Positions 1-7,218 of a DNA stretch of 64,000 bases are shown here, piece after piece; positions within the stretch are counted from its first letter, which is position 1; each line of letters opens with the position of its first letter. Made by a program: the position numbers and the translations under genes. The notes under the pieces were generated by a model. It searched no databases. It had not been told where the DNA came from and saw only the letters and a list, made by a program, of their open reading frames with translations. Source of the stretch: a virus. The DNA is taken from positions 3,997 through 67,996 of the IMG/VR virus record IMGVR_UViG_3300044730_001661. One strand, given 5' to 3'.

Positions 1-222
1 AAGACCACCCGCGTCGAACTCAACGATGCCGAACTGAACATCATTCAGTCCGCACTCTTCGATGGCTTGGTTCGTCTGATGCAGGATTCCAAGTCGTTCG
101 ACATAACGAATCCCGATGATGACGATTTCCTGATGGAGAGCAAGATGGAGGCGCACACCATCAAGGTTCTTCAGGATAAGTTGAAGTTTGCCCTGAAGCA
201 GATCGAACTTGACGGGGCTTGA
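1..222 (+). CDS. Hypothetical early protein, 5' end outside window
   Basis: Frame 1 is open from base 1 (KTTRVELNDAELNIIQSALF...) to TGA at 220-222, with GC3-rich codons like its neighbours. Confidence 0.75.
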   Translation, partial: KTTRVELNDAELNIIQSALFDGLVRLMQDSKSFDITNPDDDDFLMESKMEAHTIKVLQDKLKFALKQIELDGA

Positions 223-326
223 CAGCCCTTTGATGATATGTTACAATTGCCCCGGTGAAATAATTTATTTAAAGTTCTCACCGCTAGGCATTTGACATAC
301 GGCGACCCTCGTAGTATCATTCGGGC
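219..326 (+). promoter_or_regulatory. Tandem sigma70-type early promoters separated by an AT-rich UP-like tract
   Basis: TTGACA-17-TACAAT (219-247), then AATAATTTATTTAAAGTTCT, then TTGACA-17-TATCAT 6 nt before ATG 327. Near-duplicate at 854-962. Confidence 0.85.
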
Positions 327-476
327 ATGTACAGCACCGTCTACCGCCCCGCCCGTTTCGTCCACGAAGCCCTTCGCGGAGGGATCCGCCTCCGTCCCAA
401 GACTTGGGGCAAGAAGTCCCGCGACCCCCGCGCCGCCCGCCGCGCCGCGAAGCGTGACCTGATCCGTGGCACTTGA
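327..476 (+). CDS. Small basic protein (49 aa), leaderless
   Basis: MYSTVYRPARFVHEALRGGIRLRPKTWGKKSRDPRAARRAAKRDLIRGT*. ATG is 6 nt after the -10 box. Below the ORF-track cutoff. Confidence 0.75.
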   Translation: MYSTVYRPARFVHEALRGGIRLRPKTWGKKSRDPRAARRAAKRDLIRGT

Positions 477-507
477 CAGCCCCGAACCCGAAAGGTACAA
501 TTCAGCC

Positions 508-768
508 ATGAAGCGCACCACCAAGTTCGAACTAAACGCCGCCGTCCGTGTTCTCAACCAGTTGGTTGGAGCCAACCCAGTCGCCCACCAGCCCGGAACC
601 TATGTCCTCGCCGGAGCCTACGGCGGATGGCAGTTGCAGCGGATTCAGCCGCTCGGAGGGTACGAGGCGGTCACCACGGGCTACCGCAGCAAGCGGGAAC
701 TGCTCGACCTGATTCACGCCTACCGCGCCGGACTCCGGGAGGGCATGGGTATGCCCCTCACGAACTAA
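508..768 (+). CDS. Hypothetical early protein (86 aa), leaderless
   Basis: TTGACA(473)-17-TACAAT-6nt-ATG; MKRTTKFELNAAV... Confidence 0.85.
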   Translation: MKRTTKFELNAAVRVLNQLVGANPVAHQPGTYVLAGAYGGWQLQRIQPLGGYEAVTTGYRSKRELLDLIHAYRAGLREGMGMPLTN

Positions 769-853
769 CCAATAACCCCCAGCCGAAGAGGAGTCCGCAG
801 TTATGCGGCGATCCCTGCCCCGATTCGTTCGGGGCTAGGCTGTTTATGGGAAC

Positions 854-962
854 TTGACATATGCCAGATCCCATGATACAATTGCCTCGGTGGAATAATT
901 TATTTAAAGTTCTAATCGCTAGGGTACTTGACATAGAATCGACCATCGGTTACAATACGCGC
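854..962 (+). promoter_or_regulatory. Tandem sigma70-type early promoters (second copy)
   Basis: TTGACA...TACAATTGCCTCGGTGGAATAATTTATTTAAAGTTCTAATCGCTAGG...TTGACA...TACAAT, nearly identical to 219-326. Confidence 0.85.
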
Positions 963-1220
963 ATGACACCTCTGATCACCACCACCACCACCGACTCCCC
1001 GACCGTCAAGATCGTCTGCTCCTTTCAGGATCCCGGACAGCGGTACGCGTACCTCTACGGTCGCCTCTGCGGGATGATGATGATGGTGGAGCAGGTCTGC
1101 CGTCAGCACAACAACACCGGGACGAAGATCGACCCGGATGTGTTCACCAACGCGATCAAGGACTACCGCGAACTGGACGAAGCCCTCTTCATCGCCATCG
1201 ACCGCCGCATCAAAGCCTAA
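963..1220 (+). CDS. Hypothetical early protein (85 aa), leaderless
   Basis: ATG 6 nt after TACAAT; GC3-rich ORF; followed by a GC-rich hairpin at 1238-1261. Confidence 0.8.
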   Translation: MTPLITTTTTDSPTVKIVCSFQDPGQRYAYLYGRLCGMMMMVEQVCRQHNNTGTKIDPDVFTNAIKDYRELDEALFIAIDRRIKA

Positions 1221-1311
1221 AGGTTGTGCTCCAACCGGGAGGGGGATCGTTTCCCCCTCCCAACCGTACAAGTGACTTGACAGCCCCGAACCCCGAAGGT
1301 ACAATACGCCC

Positions 1312-1686
1312 ATGAAGAACACCCCGAACCGCCTCACCGAAGTCACCGAACTCGTCGCCGCCCTCGCCTCCTGCGGCAAGCAGATTGACCGCATCCGTTT
1401 CGATGACGAGGAGATCAACGCCACCCTCGCCATGTGCGAGATCGCCATCTCCTTCCCGCCGTCTTGGTTCACGAAGGAGGAGGCGGCTCTCGTCCTCGCC
1501 ATCGTGGAGGTGCTGTACGGCGACAGCAAGAAGTTCATCGACATGATCCACAGCGAGAACCTGTCGTTCTACGCGAAGGCAGCGGAGACTGCGCTGCGGG
1601 AAGCGAACCGCCCGGTCGCCCCGCTGAAGCAGATCGTGGAACGAGCATACGCGGCACACATTGCGAAGTTCGGCGCGGTGTGCTGA
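1312..1686 (+). CDS. Hypothetical early protein (124 aa), leaderless
   Basis: TTGACA(1277)-17-TACAAT-6nt-ATG; promoter nearly identical to the one at 473. Confidence 0.85.
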   Translation: MKNTPNRLTEVTELVAALASCGKQIDRIRFDDEEINATLAMCEIAISFPPSWFTKEEAALVLAIVEVLYGDSKKFIDMIHSENLSFYAKAAETALREANRPVAPLKQIVERAYAAHIAKFGAVC

Positions 1687-1875
1687 AGTCCCATAGGGCA
1701 TGGGACGCCCTCCCTGCCCCCGCAAGGGAGCAGGGAGGAAGGATAAACAACACGGGACGCCCTTGCTAGCGTGGCGTGTCTTAACGGAAGCACATTGCAA
1801 TGGGCTTCTGCAATGGAGGATGCCGTGCCTCCTAAACCTCTGACCCGTTCCTCTTTAGGGCGGGTCATGTTCTTT

Positions 1876-1979
1876 GACTACTATCAGCGTCCCCTCGGGG
1901 ACGCTGATTAATTTTGTTGGACAGGAAGTAATTTAAGGACTTTATTTTAATCAATTTGCATAGCAAATTGATAGTAGTC
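1876..1979. repeat. Symmetric hairpin element, copy 1
   Basis: GACTACTATCA + palindrome ATCAGCGTCCCC-TC-GGGGACGCTGAT; core TGGACAGG; palindrome ATCAATTTGC-ATA-GCAAATTGAT + AGTAGTC. Confidence 0.9.
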
Positions 1980-2113
1980 CGCCCACACACCCGTGTGCAG
2001 CCCAGTTGACAAACAAACAAGGACAGGATACAATTGCCTTGGTCACAAAAATAAAAATACTTCTCCCCGCTTTGCCGCTTGACATAGACGCAACCATGTG
2101 ATACCATGCACGC

Positions 2114-2344
2114 ATGAGCAATTCACCCGACACCAACGACACCGACAACGACATCGACCTCATCCCCTACGATGACACCTTCAACGACGAGGACTTCGTG
2201 GCTGAACTGGTCGCGGAGGGCTACAGCGAGGAGGAAGCCAAGCGCATGGCTGGCGAGTACGAGTTCGATGACGAGGACGAATACTGCTTCGGTGACAACG
2301 ACCGCGACATTCCGGACTTCGTTGACGAGGAGGACTTCGGATGA
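2114..2344 (+). CDS. Highly acidic small protein (76 aa), leaderless
   Basis: TTGACA-17-TACCAT-6nt-ATG; strongly D/E-rich sequence. Confidence 0.8.
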   Translation: MSNSPDTNDTDNDIDLIPYDDTFNDEDFVAELVAEGYSEEEAKRMAGEYEFDDEDEYCFGDNDRDIPDFVDEEDFG

Positions 2345-2649
2345 TCATTAAGGCAGAAGCCGCGTTCCCCGGAACCGCGAGCCGTGGATGGACGACCCGC
2401 AGACACAAGAAGTGCACGGGAAGCATCCTCCATGCCTTGGCTCTCGCGTTCCCGGCTGAACCGGGCATCATGCTCACGCTTGATGTGAGCACGACCTTCG
2501 GCATCGACAACTTCACCTACACGGTGGAGTTTCCGGAGGACACCTCAAAGAACCAGATCGACCTCTTCATCCGACTCGTAAAACAAGTCAAACACTTCTA
2601 CGCCGTGTTCTTGACAGACAACACTTCCCCGGTTACAATGCAGTCATGA
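2341..2649 (+). CDS. Hypothetical protein (102 aa)
   Basis: ATGA overlap with the upstream gene; codon bias like its neighbours. Confidence 0.75.
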   Translation: MIIKAEAAFPGTASRGWTTRRHKKCTGSILHALALAFPAEPGIMLTLDVSTTFGIDNFTYTVEFPEDTSKNQIDLFIRLVKQVKHFYAVFLTDNTSPVTMQS

Positions 2650-2891
2650 GAAAGCCACCGAACAACCGCCCCGAAACCCCGACCACCACCGATACGAGCG
2701 ACCTCCTCAACGAGATCTACAAGTTCGTGGATGACAACCCGAACTGGTACGAGGAGTCCGACCTGATGGCAAAGATGGCGATTGCCCTCTCCGTCCTCAA
2801 GATCGCCTGCCCCGACCCCAACTGCTGCACGGACGAGGAGTATGCGTTCGTGATCGACCTCTGCAAGACCCTCAACGAAAGCATGACATGA
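2646..2891 (+). CDS. Hypothetical protein (81 aa), leaderless from an internal promoter
   Basis: TTGACA(2611)-17-TACAAT-6nt-ATG inside the 3' end of the upstream gene. Confidence 0.8.
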   Translation: MRKPPNNRPETPTTTDTSDLLNEIYKFVDDNPNWYEESDLMAKMAIALSVLKIACPDPNCCTDEEYAFVIDLCKTLNESMT

Positions 2892-3256
2892 GCAAGAACA
2901 AGTTCGACAACTTCTTCAACGACCCGTCCTCCATCATCAAGGACGAGAAGTTTCAGCCCACCTTCGAACAGAAGATCCACGGTCTGATGCTCCTCGTCAG
3001 CAAGCGTCCGGACTGGTACTGCGACCCGGCGATCCGCCTCATCCTCGTCAACATCGTTGCCGATGTGAACAGCGAGTTGCAGGAGATCATGGAGCGTGGC
3101 GAGGAACCCAAGTGCCATGTGTTTGGCGGGGCATTCATGATGCTCCTCAACGACATGATTCGCCTGACGCGGGAGTTCGCCTGTGACGAGGAGAAGCAGA
3201 TGTATGTGGACGGCGAACTGGACGGTGACAAGGAAAACGAGGAAGAAGAGGATTGA
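2888..3256 (+). CDS. Hypothetical protein (122 aa) with acidic tail
   Basis: ATGA overlap; GC3-rich ORF. Confidence 0.8.
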   Translation: MSKNKFDNFFNDPSSIIKDEKFQPTFEQKIHGLMLLVSKRPDWYCDPAIRLILVNIVADVNSELQEIMERGEEPKCHVFGGAFMMLLNDMIRLTREFACDEEKQMYVDGELDGDKENEEEED

Positions 3257-3285
3257 CAAACCCGCGCCCATCGGTTACAATGGGC

Positions 3286-3440
3286 AAAGCCAATGAGCCT
3301 GACCGTAATCCCAGTTGGCGCCCCATAGGGGCAACGCTTCCCGCAAGGGAGAAACTGGTAGGCGCGGCGAATAGCAGTCAAGTCCCGACTGCCGTATGCA
3401 AAGGGTACGCGGGTGGGAACCCGGCTTCAACAGGGTTCCC
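3286..3440 (+). ncRNA. Candidate structured ncRNA in the tRNA-Lys leader
   Basis: Follows TTGACA-17-TACAAT. Nested stems GCCT/AGGC, CCAGTT/AACTGG, GCCCC/GGGGC, TCCC-GCAA-GGGA, GCAGTC/GACTGC, GGGAACCC/GGGTTCCC. Confidence 0.55.
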
Positions 3441-3446
3441 AAATTC

Positions 3447-3518
3447 GCCTTCGTAGCGCAATGGTAGCGCAGTAGACTTTTAATCTATTGGTTGTGGGTT
3501 CGAGTCCCACCGGAGGCA
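3447..3518 (+). tRNA. tRNA-Lys(TTT)
   Basis: Cloverleaf GCCTTCG/CGGAGGC; anticodon arm GTAGA-CTTTTAA-TCTAT; GGTTCGAGTCC T-arm. Confidence 0.95.
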
Positions 3519-3520
3519 TT

Positions 3521-3862
3521 ATGGCGAACGACAAGACAGAACAGAACAAGGCAATGGATCGACTCGCAAGATTGGATGACGAGTTGGATCTTCAGCCCAA
3601 ACCGCAGGACTTCGATGAAAAGATCTTTGCCCTGCAGATGTACGACAGGGTAGCCATCGTGGCAGACCTGATCATGGAGCATTGGCTTGAAGGCAATGCC
3701 AACCCGCCACAGGGACTGATCACCGCCTACTACGATGCCGTAGATCACGCACAAATTGCCCTAAATGGCAAACGGCTTCACGAACAGGTTGTTCCACCCA
3801 ACTCCGACTTCTACGACTCAATTCATTCTAGATTCGGACTTGACAGACGACCAAACGCCTGA
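3521..3862 (+). CDS. Hypothetical protein (113 aa)
   Basis: ATG 2 nt after the tRNA-Lys discriminator; MANDKTEQNKAM... Confidence 0.75.
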   Translation: MANDKTEQNKAMDRLARLDDELDLQPKPQDFDEKIFALQMYDRVAIVADLIMEHWLEGNANPPQGLITAYYDAVDHAQIALNGKRLHEQVVPPNSDFYDSIHSRFGLDRRPNA

Positions 3863-3876
3863 TATAATCAGGTCAC

Positions 3877-3949
3877 GGCACGGTAGACCAACGGCAGAGT
3901 CAGTTGACTCAAAATCAACAAAGTGTGGGTTCGAATCCCACCCGTGCTA
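3877..3949 (+). tRNA. tRNA-Leu(CAA), short variable arm
   Basis: GGCACGG/CCGTGCT acceptor; GTTGA-CTCAAAA-TCAAC anticodon arm; GGTTCGAATCC; own TTGACA..TATAAT promoter upstream. Confidence 0.88.
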
Positions 3950-4078
3950 CTAACGAGATGGATCTTCTTCAAGACCATCCAAGAAGGAAGGGCGAACAAG
4001 TCGGTCAATGGGTTCGCGGAATGTATTAAAATAAAAATGCATTCTTCCCCTCGTACCGTAGTAGTAGCCCTTCCGATT

Positions 4079-4152
4079 GTTCCCGTAGCCCAGCAGGATA
4101 GAGCAGCCGCCTTCTAAGCGGCAGGTCGTTGGTTCGAATCCAACCGGGAACG
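4079..4152 (+). tRNA. tRNA-Arg(TCT)
   Basis: GTTCCCG/CGGGAAC acceptor; GCCGC-CTTCTAA-GCGGC; GGTTCGAATCC. Confidence 0.95.
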
Positions 4153-4293
4153 CCTTGACAACCCCAAAATAGGAGGTACAATGTACCTGAATTGGATTAT
4201 ATTATAATTGAGTTTGGCGGGAACTACAATAACCGCACAGAGGCAACCTGTGGTTGCACGGACACGGGAGCATCCGTAAGAAGGCTCTCCCAC

Positions 4294-4369
4294 GGAAGGG
4301 TGGCTGAATCGTAGTTAGAGCGCATGCCTTATAAGCGTGAATATGTGGGTGCAACTCCCGCCCCTTCCA
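4294..4369 (+). tRNA. tRNA-Ile(TAT), atypical T-loop
   Basis: GGAAGGG/CCCTTCC acceptor; CATGC-CTTATAA-GCGTG; T-loop TGCAACT instead of TTCRANY. Confidence 0.85.
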
Positions 4370-4422
4370 CTAACAAACATCAAGGGCTTGACAGCCCACC
4401 GACCCAACGGTAGAATACCGAC

Positions 4423-4752
4423 ATGAAGACCAACCGCAACGCAATCCCCGACTCCGGTTCCGTGACGATTGGCTCCCACACCTACACCTGGCTGCGGCAC
4501 AAGGATAGCCCCTCGCGCTTCACCCTGACCAAGGATAACTTCGGTGATTGGGATACCGATCTTGACACGCAGGTGGAACTCCCTGAGGTGTTCAACTTCG
4601 TTGACCTCAACGAGGAAAACCTGTACCCCGTCTGCGAGAATTGCCGTGGAGGGTACGTCATTGAGTATGACACCGACTACATCGACCAGTTTGAGTGGCT
4701 CTTCGACTGGTTCAAGGAAAACTTTCCGGCAAACGTGACCGAAACCGCTTGA
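4423..4752 (+). CDS. Hypothetical protein (109 aa, CxxC), leaderless
   Basis: TTGACA-17-TAGAAT-6nt-ATG. Confidence 0.85.
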   Translation: MKTNRNAIPDSGSVTIGSHTYTWLRHKDSPSRFTLTKDNFGDWDTDLDTQVELPEVFNFVDLNEENLYPVCENCRGGYVIEYDTDYIDQFEWLFDWFKENFPANVTETA

Positions 4753-4783
4753 CACAACCCCGAACACAAGGTACAATAGGAAC

Positions 4784-5041
4784 ATGAACATCGACCTCAA
4801 CACGCTCTGCATCGTTGGTCTGTCCGTCACGACCGTTGCCTTCGCCGCTGCCTTCCTCCGCGAGATCATCCGCGACAAGTTCGACTCCGTTCACGACAAG
4901 ATCGAACAGAACACGGTTGACCTCTACTCCGAGCAGGAGAAGTTGTGGAAGCGGGTCACGGACTTGGAGAAGTGCTGCCAGACCCGTTGCAGCCCGTACC
5001 CGACCAACCACATCAAGAACCACTACAACACGGAAGCCTGA
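4784..5041 (+). CDS. Small membrane-anchored protein (85 aa), leaderless
   Basis: TTGACA-17-TACAAT-6nt-ATG; hydrophobic N-terminal segment followed by a coiled-coil-like stretch. Confidence 0.85.
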   Translation: MNIDLNTLCIVGLSVTTVAFAAAFLREIIRDKFDSVHDKIEQNTVDLYSEQEKLWKRVTDLEKCCQTRCSPYPTNHIKNHYNTEA

Positions 5042-5083
5042 ACGAGTTGTCAATGCATTAGTACATAGGCTTCCTCTCATAAC

Positions 5084-5120
5084 CAGAGAGCCCCGGCGCT
5101 ACGGGGCTCTCTGTTCTTTT
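5084..5120 (+). terminator. Rho-independent terminator
   Basis: CAGAGAGCCCCG-loop-CGGGGCTCTCTG followed by TTCTTTT, directly abutting element copy 2. Confidence 0.8.
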
Positions 5121-5213
5121 GACTACTATCAGCCAGCTCTAGAGCTGGCTGATTAAATTGGTGGACAGGATTCAAAGGAATTATAATTTCTTTCAGAAAT
5201 ATTGATAGTAGTC
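5121..5213. repeat. Symmetric hairpin element, copy 2
   Basis: GACTACTATCAGCCAGCTCTAGAGCTGGCTGAT (perfect palindrome); TGGACAGG; AGGAATTATAATTTCT-TTC-AGAAATATTGATAGTAGTC. Confidence 0.9.
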
Positions 5214-5344
5214 CAGAGAGCCACCTGGAGCCACTTGACATAACCTGCGCAGCATGTTACAATGGTCTCGGTATAAAAAATTTATTTACAAAACTTTCTG
5301 TGCGGGTGCTTGACATACAGAAGATTCGGTGGTAAGATTGGGGT

Positions 5345-6703
5345 ATGAGCAGCATCGACATTCGCAAGCGTAACTTCCTCAACGCCCTGTACATCCTGTA
5401 CGGCAACCCCACCTCCATCGGTGAGGCAACCTACACCCGTGAGCAGTGCATTGCCGCAATCGCGCAATCCTACGCTCTCGGAGGGCAGACCTACAGCGTC
5501 CTCCCGGCTTGGCTGACGCAGGACAAGAGCCGCCGCGTTGAGCGCGGCAAGTACAGCATTCCGGAGATGGTCGTGTTGGTTGACGCCATCATCGAAGAAA
5601 ACTCTGATGAAAACTCCACCGTGGAGTTGACAGTCCCCGAAACTTGTGATACCATGAGCAACATGAACAGCAACACTTTCAACCTCGTCGCCCCGTCCTC
5701 CGATGTTTCGCTCGTCCCCGTCAAGAACGACACTTTCGTTCCGTGGGGTCACCACGATGACATCAGCACCATCCTCAAGTCCAAGCAGTTCGCCCCCGTC
5801 TACATCACGGGCATGAGCGGCAACGGCAAGACCACGATGGTGGAGCAGATTTGCGCCGCCTCCGGTCGTGAGTGCATCCGCGTCAACATCACCGCCGAAA
5901 CGGACGAGGACGATCTCATCGGCGGCTTCCGGCTCATCAACGGCGAGACGAAGTTCGTGTTCGGCGGGGTCGTTCAGGCTATGCAGCGGGGTGCGATCCT
6001 GCTGCTTGACGAGATCGACCTCGGGACGGAGCGCATGATGTGCCTTCAGCCCGTCCTTGAGGGCAAGGGCATCTACATCAAGAAGATCGGGATGTTCGTC
6101 AAGCCCGTGCAGGGGTTCAATGTGGTCGCCACCGCGAACACGAAGGGCAAGGGCGAGTCTGACCGCTTTGTCGGGACGCGCTGCATGAACGAGGCTTTCC
6201 TTGACCGCTTCTCGTACTGGTTTGAGCAGGACTACGCGGACAAGACCATCGAAGCGCGCATCATCATCCGCAAGATGAAGGCGTACGGCAAGGAGGACAA
6301 GGAGTTCGCGCAGTACCTCGTCAAGTGGGCGGAAACGATCCGCCTCGGCTTCAAGGAGGGCGGCTTGGACGATATCATCACGACCCGCCGCTTGGAGGAG
6401 GTGTGCAAGGCGTTCGCCATCTTTAGCGACAAGCAGAAGGCGATCAAGTTGACGCTGACCCGGTTCGACCCGGCTACGCAGGAGGCGTTCTACAACCTCT
6501 ACACGAAGATCGACCCGACCATGCTCCCGACCCCGGAGGGCATGAAGGAGGAGAAGCCCTCCTCGCCGGGTTCCTGCTCGACCTCCGATGCTGACGAGAT
6601 CAAGAAGGCGGTCGATGCCGCCATTGCCAAGATGTTCCCGACCTCCACGGTCGTTGATCCCAACCTCACCAACCCCGGCACGGACTACGCCGTGACCGCC
6701 TAA
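5345..6703 (+). CDS. MoxR/CobS-like AAA+ ATPase with N-terminal accessory domain
   Basis: Walker A GMSGNGKT, Walker B LLLDEID, ATANTKG sensor, NEAFLDRF, ITTRRL; typical of the CobS-like ATPases of T4-like phages. Leaderless start. Confidence 0.92.
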   Translation: MSSIDIRKRNFLNALYILYGNPTSIGEATYTREQCIAAIAQSYALGGQTYSVLPAWLTQDKSRRVERGKYSIPEMVVLVDAIIEENSDENSTVELTVPETCDTMSNMNSNTFNLVAPSSDVSLVPVKNDTFVPWGHHDDISTILKSKQFAPVYITGMSGNGKTTMVEQICAASGRECIRVNITAETDEDDLIGGFRLINGETKFVFGGVVQAMQRGAILLLDEIDLGTERMMCLQPVLEGKGIYIKKIGMFVKPVQGFNVVATANTKGKGESDRFVGTRCMNEAFLDRFSYWFEQDYADKTIEARIIIRKMKAYGKEDKEFAQYLVKWAETIRLGFKEGGLDDIITTRRLEEVCKAFAIFSDKQKAIKLTLTRFDPATQEAFYNLYTKIDPTMLPTPEGMKEEKPSSPGSCSTSDADEIKKAVDAAIAKMFPTSTVVDPNLTNPGTDYAVTA

Positions 6704-6727
6704 CCAAGAAAGAGAAAGAAAAAGAAA

Positions 6728-6949
6728 ATGCCATACCTCAACAAGCGCAATCGTTTCGTCACCACCGCCAAGCACTACGCGGAAGTTCACAATCGCCCCA
6801 TCGACTGCTTCACGAAGGCAGACCTCCTCGCCATTGCGAAGTCGATCAACATGAAGGGGATTCCGACTTGGGTGCTGAAGGAACACCGCAGCGCGGTGAG
6901 CAAGGGAGTCTACGATCTCACCTCGCTCATCAACGCGGTTCCCGTCTGA
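6728..6949 (+). CDS. Small protein resembling the ATPase N-terminal domain
   Basis: Shares (F/Y)T(K/R)..., PxW(L/V), Vx(K/R)GxY motifs with residues 1-80 of the AAA protein. Confidence 0.8.
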   Translation: MPYLNKRNRFVTTAKHYAEVHNRPIDCFTKADLLAIAKSINMKGIPTWVLKEHRSAVSKGVYDLTSLINAVPV

Positions 6950-7001
6950 CGGATGCTGTTCATGCCCCTCCCCCCGAATGGGGGGAGGGGCGATAGCGTG
7001 G

Positions 7002-7107
7002 AACTACTATCAAATTCTTCCAGCTTCGCTGGAAGAATTTTTATTGGACGGTATTTAGATTCCTGCAAGGAATTATAATTTTCTGAAAGAAAATATTGAT
7101 AGTAGTT
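7002..7107. repeat. Symmetric hairpin element, copy 3
   Basis: AACTACTATCAAATTCTTCCAGC-TTC-GCTGGAAGAATTT; TGGACGGT; AGGAATTATAATTTTCT-GAA-AGAAAATATTGATAGTAGTT, with a compensatory A/T pair at the termini. Confidence 0.9.
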
Positions 7108-7218
7108 ATCGGACCCACCGATTTATTAAATTTCCCCGGAATTAAATTCTGCGATTATTTGTGCCTCCATGCGGACGAGGTACTTGACATACAGACGGGG
7201 GTGGGTTACAATACGCGC

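Noticed and set aside
3375-3430. RNase P RNA-like fragments (AAGTCC...AACCCGGCTT)
   Set aside because: The P4 pairing is incomplete and the region is far too short for the catalytic domain.
3877-3949. Possible opal suppressor or selenocysteine tRNA (TCA in the loop)
   Set aside because: The 7-nt loop CT-CAA-AA places CAA at 34-36; core genes are intact under code 11 and TGA is used as a stop, so there is no sign of recoding.
5282-6886. 534-aa minus-strand ORF
   Set aside because: Antisense shadow of the GC3-rich AAA+ gene; no motifs or promoter.
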